Assembly (NCBI GenBank): GCA_963711805.1
Contig: CAVQFE010000010.1
Span: 462,964 to 486,963, forward strand
Reading direction: 5' to 3'
Length of the DNA stretch: 24,000 nt
Source of the DNA: an uncultured Actinomycetota bacterium
Lineage (GTDB): Bacteria > Actinomycetota > Actinomycetes > S36-B12 > CAIYMF01
Position 1 is the stretch's first letter; every line of letters starts with the position of its first letter. Made by a program: the position numbers and the translations under genes. The notes beneath the pieces are model-generated. The model saw only the letters and a list, made by a program, of their open reading frames with translations, was not told the DNA's origin and ran no database searches. This document shows, one piece after another, positions 1 to 8,911 of the stretch.

Positions 1-1779
1 GACACCTGCGCGGCCGAGTTCGCCGCGCGGACGCCGTACCACTACTCGTCCTACGACGAGGAGACCGAGGTGGAGCCGCGCACGACGCCGGCGGTCCTCA
101 TCCTCGGCTCGGGCCCGAACCGCATCGGTCAGGGCATCGAGTTCGACTACTCGTGCGTGCACGCGAGCCTCACCCTGCGCGAGGCCGGCTACGACACGAT
201 CATGGTCAACTGCAACCCGGAGACGGTGTCGACCGACTACGACACGTCGAGCCGGCTGTACTTCGAGCCGCTGACGCTCGAGGACGTGCTCGAGGTCTAC
301 CACGCGGAGCTCGCCGTCGGTCCGGTCGCCGGGGTCGTCGTCCAGCTCGGCGGCCAGACGCCGCTGGGCCTCGCCCAGCCGCTCAAGGACGCCGGCGTGC
401 GCATCGTCGGCACGAGCCCCGAGGCGATCCACCTGGCCGAGGAGCGCGGCGCGTTCGGCCGCGTCCTCGCCGACGCCGGGCTCCCGTCGCCGGCGCACGG
501 CATCGCCACGAGCTACGACGAGGCCGTCGAGGTCGCCGCGCGCGTCGGCTACCCGGTGCTGGTGCGCCCGTCCTACGTGCTCGGCGGCCGTGGCATGGAG
601 ATCGTCTACGACGAGCCGATGCTGCACGACTACATCGCGCGGGCCACCGAGGCGACGCCCGAGCACCCCGTGCTGGTCGACCGCTTCCTCGACGACGCGG
701 TGGAGATCGACGTCGACGCCCTCTTCGACGGCGAGGAGCTCTACCTCGGCGGCGTGATGGAGCACATCGAGGAGGCGGGCATCCACTCCGGTGACTCCGC
801 GTGCGCCCTGCCCCCGATCACGTTGGGGCACATGGAGATCGACCGCATCCGACGCAGCACCGAGGCGATCGCACGTGGGGTCGGCGTCCTGGGTCTGCTC
901 AACGTGCAGTACGCGCTGGCCGGCGACGTGCTCTACGTGCTCGAGGCCAACCCGCGCGCGTCGCGCACCGTGCCGTTCGTCTCCAAGGCCACGGCCGTGC
1001 CGCTCGCGAAGGCCGCGGCGCTCGTCACGATGGGCGTCACGATCGCGCAGCTGCGGGCCGACGGCGTGCTGCCCCGCGTCGGCGACGGCGGCACGCTGCC
1101 CATCGGCGCGCCGATCTCGGTGAAGGAGGCGGTGCTGCCGTTCGGCCGCTTCCACGGGGTCGACACGATCCTCGGGCCGGAGATGCGCTCGACCGGCGAG
1201 GTCATGGGCATCGACTCGGTCTTCGGCACCGCGTTCGCGAAGTCGCAGACCGCGGCGTACTCCTCGGGTCTGCCGACCAGCGGGCGCGCGTTCGTGTCGG
1301 TGGCCAACCGGGACAAGCGCTCGATGGTCTTCCCGGTGAAGCGTCTCGCCGACCTCGGCTTCGAGATCCTCGCCACCGAGGGGACCGCGGAGGTGCTGCG
1401 GCGCAACGGTCTCAAGGCCACCGTGCTGCGCAAGCAGCACGACGGACGCGGTCCGGCGGGGGAGCCGACCACGGTCGACGCCATCCTCGCCGGCGACGTC
1501 GACCTCATCGTGAACACGCCGCACGGCGTCGGCCCGCGCCTGGACGGCTACGAGATCCGCACCGCCGCGGTGACCCGCGGCGTGCCGTGCATCACGACCG
1601 TCCAGGGACTCGGCGCCACGGTCCAGGGCATCGAGGCGCTGATCGCCGGGGAGATCGGCGTACGGTCCCTGCAGGAGTGGGCGGCCGACCTCGAGGCCCT
1701 GCGTGCGGCGCAGGCGACGACGGGTGCAGGATCGTCAGACACCCACGGGGCCACCACGAGCGAGGGCGGGACGCGTTGA
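1..1779 (+). CDS. carB: carbamoyl-phosphate synthase large subunit, C-terminal ~590 aa (5' end is upstream of the window)
   Basis: Frame 1 is open from nt 1 ([21 protein letters not shown]...) to the stop at 1777-1779. It shows the second ATP-grasp half ([34 protein letters not shown]) and the MGS-like tail. Pyrimidine genes follow directly. Confidence 0.95.
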   Translation, partial: DTCAAEFAARTPYHYSSYDEETEVEPRTTPAVLILGSGPNRIGQGIEFDYSCVHASLTLREAGYDTIMVNCNPETVSTDYDTSSRLYFEPLTLEDVLEVYHAELAVGPVAGVVVQLGGQTPLGLAQPLKDAGVRIVGTSPEAIHLAEERGAFGRVLADAGLPSPAHGIATSYDEAVEVAARVGYPVLVRPSYVLGGRGMEIVYDEPMLHDYIARATEATPEHPVLVDRFLDDAVEIDVDALFDGEELYLGGVMEHIEEAGIHSGDSACALPPITLGHMEIDRIRRSTEAIARGVGVLGLLNVQYALAGDVLYVLEANPRASRTVPFVSKATAVPLAKAAALVTMGVTIAQLRADGVLPRVGDGGTLPIGAPISVKEAVLPFGRFHGVDTILGPEMRSTGEVMGIDSVFGTAFAKSQTAAYSSGLPTSGRAFVSVANRDKRSMVFPVKRLADLGFEILATEGTAEVLRRNGLKATVLRKQHDGRGPAGEPTTVDAILAGDVDLIVNTPHGVGPRLDGYEIRTAAVTRGVPCITTVQGLGATVQGIEALIAGEIGVRSLQEWAADLEALRAAQATTGAGSSDTHGATTSEGGTR

Positions 1780-2658
1780 CGACGTCAGGTCACGGCAGGT
1801 CCGGGGCTGTTCAGGTCACGGGTGAGGTGCTCGGGCTGCGCCGGGCGGGCGACTACCACGTGCTCACGCTCACCGCCGGCGGCATCCCCGAGCTCACCCG
1901 GCCGGGGCACTTCGTCGCCCTGTCGGTCGGCGGGCGCGAGTCCTCGATGCTCCTGCGCCGCGCGTTCTCGATCTACTCCGTGCAGAGCCGAGGTGTCTAC
2001 GGCGGAACGCTCGAGGTCGTGTTCGCGACGCGCGGCAAGGGCACCGAGTGGCTGTCCCGGCTGCACCGGCACGACGCGGTCGACATCGTCGGCCCGCTCG
2101 GCCGGCCGTTCGCGCTGCCCAAGGAGCCGGTCTCCTGCGTGCTCGTCGCGGGGGGCTACGGCTCGGCGCCGATGTTCTCCCTCGCCGACGCGCTGCGGGC
2201 GCGCGGCTGCCGCGTCGACGTCGTGCTCGGGGCGTCGACGGAGAGCAAGCTGTTCGGCGTGCTGGACGCCAAGCGAATCGCGGCGTCCCTCACGATCACG
2301 ACCGACGACGGCTCGCTCGGCGAGCGCGGCATGCGTCACCGACGCGCTGCCGGCGGTGATGAAGCGGACCGACGCCGACGTCGTCTACGCCTGCGGGCCG
2401 ATGCCGATGCTGCGCGCGGTGGCCAAGGTCGCGACCGAGCACGGCGCCTACTCCCAGTGCGCGGTCGAGGAGTCGATGGCCTGCGGCATCGGCGTATGCA
2501 TGACCTGCGTCCTGCCGGTGATCGGCGACGACGGCGTCACGCGGATGCTTCGCTCGTGCGTCGACGGCCCGGTGTTCCGCGGCGACCGGGTGCGCTGGGA
2601 CGAGGTCGGCACCATCCCCGAGGGAACCCTCGGGGCGCCCGTGAGCGGAGGCCACTGA
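1776..2658 (+). pseudogene. pyrK: dihydroorotate dehydrogenase (class 1B) electron-transfer subunit PyrK; frame broken by one extra base at ~2334
   Basis: The TTG start at 1776 overlaps the carB stop (TTGA). The N-terminal FAD/NAD part is in frame 3 (LRRAFSIYS, CVLVAGGYGSAPM ... TDDGSLGERGM). The C-terminal part is in frame 1 (VTDALPAVM...YACGPMPML...CAVEESMACGIGVCMTCV, the 2Fe-2S Cys motif) and ends at 2658. Confidence 0.8.
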
Positions 2659-3737
2659 TGACTCGAGCCGTGATCACGCACGGGCCGCGGCCCGACGCGG
2701 CGGCCGACGTACCCGACGTCGACATGACCACCTGGCTGGCCGGGCTCGAGCTCCCCTCGCCGGTGCTCACCGCGTCCGGCTGCGCCGGTGCGGGCCGGGA
2801 GCTCGACCAGTTCTTCGACATCACCGAGATCGGCGCCGTCGTCACCAAGAGCATCATGCTCAACCCGCGCTCGGGACGTCCCACCCCGCGGATGGCCGAG
2901 ACGCCGAGCGGCATGCTCAACTCGATCGGCCTGCAGGGCCCGGGGATCGACGTGTTCCTCGACACCGACCTCGAGTGGCTGCGCGCCCGAGGCGCCCGCG
3001 CCGTCGTGTCGATCGCCGGCGGCTCGGTCGACGAGTACACCCGGCTCGCCTCGAAGCTGCGGCACGTGAGCGACGTCGCGGCGATCGAGGTCAACATCTC
3101 CTGCCCGAACGTCGAGGACCGCGGGCTCGTGTTCGCCTGCCAGGCGGCGTCGGCGGCCGACGTCGTGTCCGCGGTGCGGCGTAACACGAACCCGGGTGTG
3201 CCGGTGCTGGCGAAGCTGTCGCCCGACGTCACCGACATCGTCGAGATCGCCCAGGCGGTCGTCGACGCCGGCGCCGACGGGCTGTCGATGATCAACACCC
3301 TGCTCGGGATGGTCATCGACACCGACACCATGCGCCCGGCCCTCGCCGGGATCACCGGGGGTCTGTCCGGTCCGGCGATCCGTCCGGTCGCGGTCCGCTG
3401 CGTCTACCAGGTGCACGCGGCGATGCCGGACATCCCCATCCTCGGCATGGGCGGCATCCGGACCGGCCTCGACGCCCTCGAGTTCGTCCTGGCCGGGGCG
3501 AGCGCGGTGAGCGTCGGCACGGTGACGTTCCACGACCCGAGCGCGCCCGCCCGCGTCGCGCGCGAGCTCGCGGTGGCGCTGGCGGAACGCGGGTTCGAGC
3601 GCTTCGAGGACGCCGTCGGCCACGCGCACCGCGCACCCGATCCGGTTCCCGCCGCCGGGGGACCGGTGGCCGGCCACGGGCACGCCACCGACGACCTCGA
3701 GCCGGACACCGCGGTCCAGGCGGGGGTGGAGGGATGA
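2658..3737 (+). CDS. pyrD: dihydroorotate dehydrogenase catalytic subunit, class 1B type
   Basis: The ATG at 2658 overlaps the pyrK stop (TGATG); an alternative ATG lies at 2724. Motifs seen: [29 protein letters not shown] (catalytic Cys), [13 protein letters not shown]. There is a Pro/Ala/Gly-rich C-terminal tail. Confidence 0.9.
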   Translation: MTRAVITHGPRPDAAADVPDVDMTTWLAGLELPSPVLTASGCAGAGRELDQFFDITEIGAVVTKSIMLNPRSGRPTPRMAETPSGMLNSIGLQGPGIDVFLDTDLEWLRARGARAVVSIAGGSVDEYTRLASKLRHVSDVAAIEVNISCPNVEDRGLVFACQAASAADVVSAVRRNTNPGVPVLAKLSPDVTDIVEIAQAVVDAGADGLSMINTLLGMVIDTDTMRPALAGITGGLSGPAIRPVAVRCVYQVHAAMPDIPILGMGGIRTGLDALEFVLAGASAVSVGTVTFHDPSAPARVARELAVALAERGFERFEDAVGHAHRAPDPVPAAGGPVAGHGHATDDLEPDTAVQAGVEG

Positions 3738-4429
3738 GCGCGCTCGCCCCGGTCGCGGTCGCGCTCGACGGCCCCGACCTCGCCACGGTCACCGCCTGGG
3801 CCGGCGCCGCCGGACCCTACGTCTCCACCGTGAAGGTGGGGCTCGAGACGTTCCTGCGCGACGGCGACGCCTCGGTGCGCGCCGCGCGCGAGGCGTCCGG
3901 CGGCCGGGACGTGTTCCTCGACCTCAAGCTGCACGACATCCCGCACACCGTCGCGGGGGCGGCGCGGTCCGTCGCGCACCTGGAGCCGACGTACCTCACG
4001 GTGCACGCATCCGGGGGGGCGGCCATGGTCCGCGCCGCGGTCGGAGAGCTGCCCGGAACCCTGATCGCGGCCGTGACGGTCCTGACCTCGATGTCCGAGT
4101 CCGACCTCGCGGCCGTCGGGTTGCTCGGCCCGTCGCTCGACGCGGCCCGACGGCTCGCCGCGCTGGCGGTCGGCGCGGGCGCGCGCGCCGTCGTGTGCTC
4201 GCCGCAGGAGGTGGCAGCGGTGCGCGCGGAGGTCGGCGAGGGCATCGTCCTCATCACGCCGGGTGTCCGCCCTGCCGGCGCGGCGCTCGGCGACCAGTCC
4301 CGCGTGGCGACCCCGGAGCAGGCGCTCGCCGACGGCGCCGACCTGCTCGTCATCGGACGGCCCATCACCGCCGCGGCCGACGTCGCCGTCGCCGCCGCCG
4401 CGATCGCCGGCGCCCTCGCGGTGCGGTAG
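3734..4429 (+). CDS. pyrF: orotidine-5'-phosphate decarboxylase
   Basis: The ATG overlaps the pyrD stop (ATGA). Motifs seen: VALD...[25 protein letters not shown]. Length is 231 aa. Confidence 0.9.
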   Translation: MSALAPVAVALDGPDLATVTAWAGAAGPYVSTVKVGLETFLRDGDASVRAAREASGGRDVFLDLKLHDIPHTVAGAARSVAHLEPTYLTVHASGGAAMVRAAVGELPGTLIAAVTVLTSMSESDLAAVGLLGPSLDAARRLAALAVGAGARAVVCSPQEVAAVRAEVGEGIVLITPGVRPAGAALGDQSRVATPEQALADGADLLVIGRPITAAADVAVAAAAIAGALAVR

Positions 4430-4501
4430 CCGGTCGGCGCGTCGGGATCGCGGGTCCGCTGTCGCGTTCGGATCCCGTGTCGGCGGCGCATCGTCCGGTG
4501 T

Positions 4502-4547
4502 CGTGATCGTGTGAGCGCGTCGCGGAGAGCGCGCTGACACGATCACG
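4502..4547. terminator. long imperfect hairpin/palindrome downstream of pyrF (possible U-tail-less terminator or operator)
   Basis: GTGATCGTGT (4503-4512) pairs perfectly with ACACGATCAC (4537-4546). After one mismatch, AGCGCG pairs with CGCGCT for six more pairs, leaving a loop of ~8 nt. No T-run follows on either strand. Confidence 0.3.
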
Positions 4548-4680
4548 TCCGCCGGGATGAGACGACTGCGACCGATTGTCGTGACGCACGTCCATTGCGG
4601 TGGCACGGAGTGACGACGTTTCGCTGAAAGTAGTTGTCGTTCAGGGGATTTGGACGGGTCGGACTGTCAGACCCCCTGAG

Positions 4681-4686
4681 TAGCGT
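4681..4686 (+). promoter_or_regulatory. -10-like hexamer TAGCGT (TANNNT class)
   Basis: It sits at the end of a locally AT-richer patch (~4610-4690) upstream of the DUF222/HNH gene. A GTG follows 6 nt later at 4693, but that GTG is in a different frame from the DUF222 domain. Confidence 0.2.
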
Positions 4687-4813
4687 GCTGGTGTGAGCAC
4701 GACGGACCACACCTCGCTCCGGCACCCGGCAGCGCCCCGCGCGACCGCCGTCGCGCGGACCGCGCCGTCCGCCGGATCGCCGGCCTTCGCCGACCTCGTC
4801 GCCGGTCCCGCCG

Positions 4814-6266
4814 GTGCGGGCGGCGGGAGTCGTGGCGGCAGAGGCTCTGGCGCAGCTGCGGTCGTCGGTCGCGACCTTGGCCGACCTCGCCGCCGACGGC
4901 TCGCTGGCAGGCATCCCCGCGGCCGGGCTCGTCGAGCTGGCAGAGGGCGTCCATCGTTGTCACGACCGGCTCGGGGCGGTCGCGGCCGCGGCGACGCGGA
5001 CCGTGCACGTCTCCGACGCCCTGTCCGTGGGCCGGCAGGTGTCGACGTCGAGGTGGTTGCAGGTTCGGTGCGGGAAGTCCCCGGCCGAGGCGAGGGCCCT
5101 CGTCGCGCGGTCGTACGACGTCAGCGGCCGGTTCGCCCGCACCGAGGCGGCGTGGCTCGCCGGCGAGGTGTCGGCCGGGGCGGTGCGGGAGATCACCCAC
5201 GGGATCACCCGGGTGGTGCGCGGCCGCAGCCTGGCGGACTCCGCCACGATCACCGCGCAGGCTCAGGAGACGCTGCTCCAGGTCGCGAGGACCGGGACGG
5301 TGGCCGATGTCGCGACCACCGTGAGGCACCTGCGGTTCGTGCTCGACCCGGACGGGGCCAGCCAGGCCCAGGTCGACGCCTACGACGACCAGCAGCTCAC
5401 CTTCCGCGAGGTCGGGACCATGGTCGAGCTGACCGGCTACCTCAGCCAGGAGACCGCGGCCAAGGTGCGCACCGCGCTGGAGGCGACGGTCGACGGCTGG
5501 TACCGCACCGGCTCGCTGCCGGGGGAGGACACCGCGCCCGCCGGCAGCGAGGACGCGGACACCCGCCGGCGCCGCTACCGGCGGCCGCACCTGCTCGCCC
5601 TCGCGCTGGCCGACCTCGCCACCCGCACCCTCGACGCCGGTGCGCTCGGCACGCGCCACCGCGTTCGCCCGCACCTCACCGTCAACGTGGACCTCGAGCG
5701 GCTCCTCGCCGGGTGGGGTGGCGAGCTCGCCGTGCCCGGCGACGATCGGGTGCCGCTCCCGCCGGAGACGGTCCGCCGGATCATGTGCGACGCCGACCTG
5801 CACCCCGTCATCACCACCGGCGCGAAGCGCCACCCCGCTCGGCAACGATGCGACAGGTGGGTCGGACGGGCACGGGGTCGACGGCGAGCTCCGACCCGAC
5901 GGCGATGGCGTCGTCGACTGGCGCGACAGCCTGCGCGCCGGCCTTCGGCGACGGGCGGCCACGGTGCTCTGGGTGGGGCGCACCTACCGGACCCTCCCGC
6001 CGCGGCTGCGCCGCGCGCTCGAGGTCCGCGATGGACACTGCGCGTTCCCTGACTGCCGCGTGGACATCGCTCGGACTGTCGGCCACCACGTCATCCCGTG
6101 GGAGCAGCGCGGCACGACCGATCCCGCCAACACCGTGCTCCTCTGCGACCGGCATCACCATGCCGTGCACGAAGGTGGCTGGACCATCACGCCCGTCGAC
6201 GGCGGGGATCCGCTGACCACCGGGTACTGGCAGTTCGACCCACCCGCGCGACGAGCCCGGCCCTGA
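4814..6266 (+). pseudogene. DUF222 / HNH endonuclease family protein (13E12-repeat-like); frame broken by one extra base at ~5834-5837
   Basis: Frame 2 from GTG 4814 carries the DUF222-type N-terminal region up to ...RRIMCDADLHPVITTGAKRHP. Frame 3 then carries LGNDATGG...LRRALEVRDGHCAFPDCRVDIARTVGHHVIPWEQRGTTDPANTVLLCDRHHHAVHEGGW (HNH motif) to the stop at 6266. Confidence 0.8.
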
Positions 6267-6459
6267 CGAGCAGGGCGTACCACCCGTGAGCCCACCGGCA
6301 CGACCCACCGTCCGGAGTCGCGCCGCGCCCGTCGAGCAAGGCCTCGTGTCGTAGCGGCGCAGGAGCCGGATCGACCTCGGCGACATGACGAGTTCTCTGA
6401 ACGTCCTCGACCTGCTCGGCGGGTTTCCGGCCGCCCCGATCAGTATCCGGCGACGGGCA

Positions 6460-7161
6460 TCACCCTGCGGAGGGTCCACTCCCGCCGACGACGTCGGCGA
6501 TGGTCGGACCTGCAGCGTCACCTGGCGTTGCCGGTATCCACTTTCCGCAGCCTGCGTCGTTGGTGAGGTCGTCAGCGAGGTCCTTGATGTGACCGGCTCT
6601 CATGTGCGACCCGTAGAAGGCGTAAAGCGTCGTGAGGTCCTTGTACGACGGCTGCAGTGGGTGGGTCGGCGTGACGATCCTGAAGTCCGCCGTCGGCGGC
6701 GTACCCGTCTGCTGCCATGTCGTGTAGACGTGCAGCATCTGGCGGCACATGACGAACGCGCCAACCATGCCCTGCCACATGCTGTCGCGGTCATCGGCGG
6801 ACAGTGGCATCCCGATGTTGGCTTGCGCGGCAGGGTTGCTCAGGACCTCTGTCACGACGTCTGACGGCAGCCCAGCAAAGATCGAATCGGTGGCTGCGGG
6901 TCGGGTGCGATCGTCTGCTGCCGTAACGGCCGCCTGGCCGATTGTTGACGGTCCTCCGATGAGCCCGCGCGGCCAGCCAGAGACCGAGAAGGCCAGTGTC
7001 GCCACGAGGAGCACGACAGCGGCGGTAGCGCCGATGACGGATGAACGTCGCACCGTGCGCCGCCTACGGCCACCGCGAATCGCTGCGTCCACGTCAATGA
7101 CGTCGACGGGCGGCTCACTCATGGAGGCGCGGAAGACTTCCTTCGCCTGGGTCTCAGTCAC
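6460..7161 (-). CDS. single-pass membrane protein, putative anti-sigma factor partner of the upstream ECF sigma
   Basis: Its GTG start overlaps the sigma stop (GTGA at 7158-7161). The N-terminus has an RRRR stretch followed by a hydrophobic helix (VIGATAAVVLLVATLAFSV). The extracytoplasmic domain is ~150 aa with two Cys and no motif I recognise. The role is inferred from position and topology only. Confidence 0.55.
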   Translation of the reverse strand: MTETQAKEVFRASMSEPPVDVIDVDAAIRGGRRRRTVRRSSVIGATAAVVLLVATLAFSVSGWPRGLIGGPSTIGQAAVTAADDRTRPAATDSIFAGLPSDVVTEVLSNPAAQANIGMPLSADDRDSMWQGMVGAFVMCRQMLHVYTTWQQTGTPPTADFRIVTPTHPLQPSYKDLTTLYAFYGSHMRAGHIKDLADDLTNDAGCGKWIPATPGDAAGPTIADVVGGSGPSAG

Positions 7162-7692
7162 GTGGGCTCCTTCATGGACGCGTGGATTTCAGTCAGTCCC
7201 CGAGCGAGGAGTGCCTTGCGCAGCGTCTCGAGCCCTCGGCTGGACTGGCTCTTGACATTGCCGACGCTGGTGTTGAGCGCGGCCGCCGTCTGTTCGACTG
7301 ATAGGTCGTCCCAGAAACGAAGAACCAGCACGGCTCGCTGACCCGGCGGGACCACTCGCAAGGCCGCGATGACTTCGTCCCGCAGCCCGTCAACGCCGGG
7401 TGGACCCTCATGCGCGACCTGCTCCGGAAGCACTTCCCGGAGAACCTCCCGACGGCGCCAGGGACGACGCTGATGGTCGAGATAGAGATTGACCAGCACG
7501 CGCCGGGCGTAGGCGTTCGGGATCCCCCGAGGCCGTGACCCTGTCCCAGATGGCGTACAGCCTCGTGAGCGCGTCTTGAACAAGGTCATCAGCGAGGTGC
7601 CAGTCGCTACTGAGCATGTAGGCGGTGGCCCTCAGATCCACCCGTTGGCTAGCGACCCACCCCCGGAAGTCGGACTCCACGCTGTCACTCAC
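7158..7692 (-). pseudogene. ECF (SigE-family) RNA polymerase sigma-70 factor; frame broken by one extra base in a C5/G5 run at 7524-7528
   Basis: Region 2 (FRGWVASQRVDLRATAYMLSSDWHLADDLVQDALTRLYAIWDRV) is in one frame. IPNAYARRVLVNLYLDHQRR plus region 4 (PPGQRAVLVLRFWDDLSVEQTAAALNTSVGNVKSQSSRGLETLR) is in the next. GTG 7692 is preceded by GGGAGGA; an alternative ATG lies at 7731. Confidence 0.8.
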
Positions 7693-8122
7693 CTGGCCAT
7701 CCTCCCGTGGACCAGGCTGGCCCTCATGCATTACACGGATGCGGAGGCTTGTGAGGTTGCATCGGGCGCGGCCGCCCTCTGCCTGCCGGGTCGGAGACTC
7801 CGCTCGCCTGGCAGACAAGACCGAGCAGATGTGCCATCGCTCGCCTGACCCGGTCGCATGGGCAACCGAAACGCGGTCTCGCTCGGCATCCTGTTTGCCG
7901 TGACGCACTGCGGCCCGGACGACCCAGTAGACGGCAGCGAGGATCAGCAGGGCAGCAGGATCAGAACGAGCGCCTCGCCCACGCCGGTGTCGAACAGCAT
8001 GGTTCCGGGGTAGGCCGAGACTGTGGGCTTCGGCGGGTCCCAGCCGCACCGACGTGCCGCTACAGCGCGGGTCGCGAGCGCACAACGTGCGGCGGAACTC
8101 CGGTCTACGCGCGCGCTCGGAC

Positions 8123-8911
8123 TCAGACGACCGTGACGAGCTCGGCGCCGACGGACTCGGCGACCCAGGCGCCGTACGCCGCACGCTCGGCGTCGGTCGG
8201 CGCCGGGATGTGGCGCGCCGCGGCGCGCACGCCGTGCGGCCGGAACCCGATGACCCGCACGGGGATGCCGGGCGCGTGCCGTGCGACGTAGTCGGCCGTG
8301 CGGCGCAGGACGTCGGCCGAGTCGTTGAAGCCCGGGACGACGAGGAGCCGCACCTCGGCGAGCCGCTGCTCCGCGAACAGCCGGTCGAGGCTGTGCAGCA
8401 CCTGCGCGTTGCCGAGCCCGGTCAGCTCGCGATGGGTCGCCACGTCGAGCGCCTTGAGGTCGAGCATGACGCCGTCGGTCACGGGGAGCAGGAGGTCCCA
8501 GGTCTCGTCGTCCGCGCAACCGTTGCTGTCGACGAAGCGGGTCAGCCGGGCGGTGTCCGGGTCGTCGCGGAGGGCGGCGAACCAGGCCGCGACGAAGGGT
8601 GCCTGCAGCGTGGCCTCCCCGCCGGAGACGGTGACACCGGAGAGGAACGGCGCGACGCGGCGTACCTCCTCGAGGAGCTGCTGCACCGTTACCCGACGCG
8701 CCAGCGGTGTCTCGCGAGGCATCGTGTGCGGGTTGTGGCACACGAGGCAGTCGAGGTTGCAGCCCTGCAGGAACGCGGCGAACCGGTTGCCCGGCCCGTC
8801 GACCCAGGAGAACGGGACCGTGTCGGCGAGCAGGGCCACGGGCTCGTCGTCGGCGGCGTCCGATCGCACCGACGGGGTGGGGTCAGCCGGAGACCCGAGG
8901 GGCCGACTCAC
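8123..8911 (-). CDS. yjjW: glycyl-radical enzyme activating protein, YjjW-like radical SAM activase
   Basis: It has VDGPGNR followed by QGCNLDCLVCHN (the CX3CX2C radical-SAM cluster, nt 8738-8761) and SGGEATL. It lies immediately downstream of the glycyl-radical enzyme gene. The GTG 8911 start overlaps yjjI by 29 nt; an alternative GTG at 8869 lies 13 nt (8870-8882) after the yjjI stop. Confidence 0.85.
   Translation of the reverse strand: MSRPLGSPADPTPSVRSDAADDEPVALLADTVPFSWVDGPGNRFAAFLQGCNLDCLVCHNPHTMPRETPLARRVTVQQLLEEVRRVAPFLSGVTVSGGEATLQAPFVAAWFAALRDDPDTARLTRFVDSNGCADDETWDLLLPVTDGVMLDLKALDVATHRELTGLGNAQVLHSLDRLFAEQRLAEVRLLVVPGFNDSADVLRRTADYVARHAPGIPVRVIGFRPHGVRAAARHIPAPTDAERAAYGAWVAESVGAELVTVV

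Noticed and set aside
801-3737. 978-aa ORF in the supplied track spanning carB, pyrK and pyrD
   Set aside because: It is an open-frame artefact of high GC. Only the pyrK N-terminal part (from 1776) and pyrD (from 2658) in this frame look like real protein. The segment over carB and the segment between ~2335 and 2657 are Arg/Gly/Pro-rich nonsense.
4693-4813. GTG 4693 (6 nt after TAGCGT) as a leaderless start of the DUF222 gene, requiring yet another +1 break near 4800
   Set aside because: The frame-1 peptide (MSTTDHTSLRHPAAPRATAV...) has no conserved feature I can recognise. The DUF222 frame has its own GTG at 4814. This remains speculative without orthologue comparison.
6267-6459. 193-nt gap between the convergent HNH and anti-sigma genes, including the start of ORF 6385-6864 (+) and ORF 5811-6521 (-)
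   Set aside because: Both ORFs are mostly antisense to better-supported genes and have low-complexity translations. I saw no hairpin or motif strong enough to call a terminator.
7944-8000. 18-codon ORF MLFDTGVGEALVLILLPC on the minus strand in the yjjW-sigma gap, possibly continuing as ...ALLILAAVYWVVRAAVRHGKQD in another frame (a small membrane protein?)
   Set aside because: There is no SD. Joining the two frames needs a -1 event, unlike every other break in the window. The joined frame would then run into the sigma gene without a stop. There is no family resemblance.
8002-8006. ECF-type -35 element GGAAC (minus strand) upstream of the sigma gene, and another GGAAC at 10613-10617 (+ strand)
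   Set aside because: Spacing to any CGT/GTT -10-like element is off (18 nt to CGT for the first; 13 or 23 nt for the second). The first lies ~270-310 nt from the sigma start. A 5-mer match alone is not evidence.
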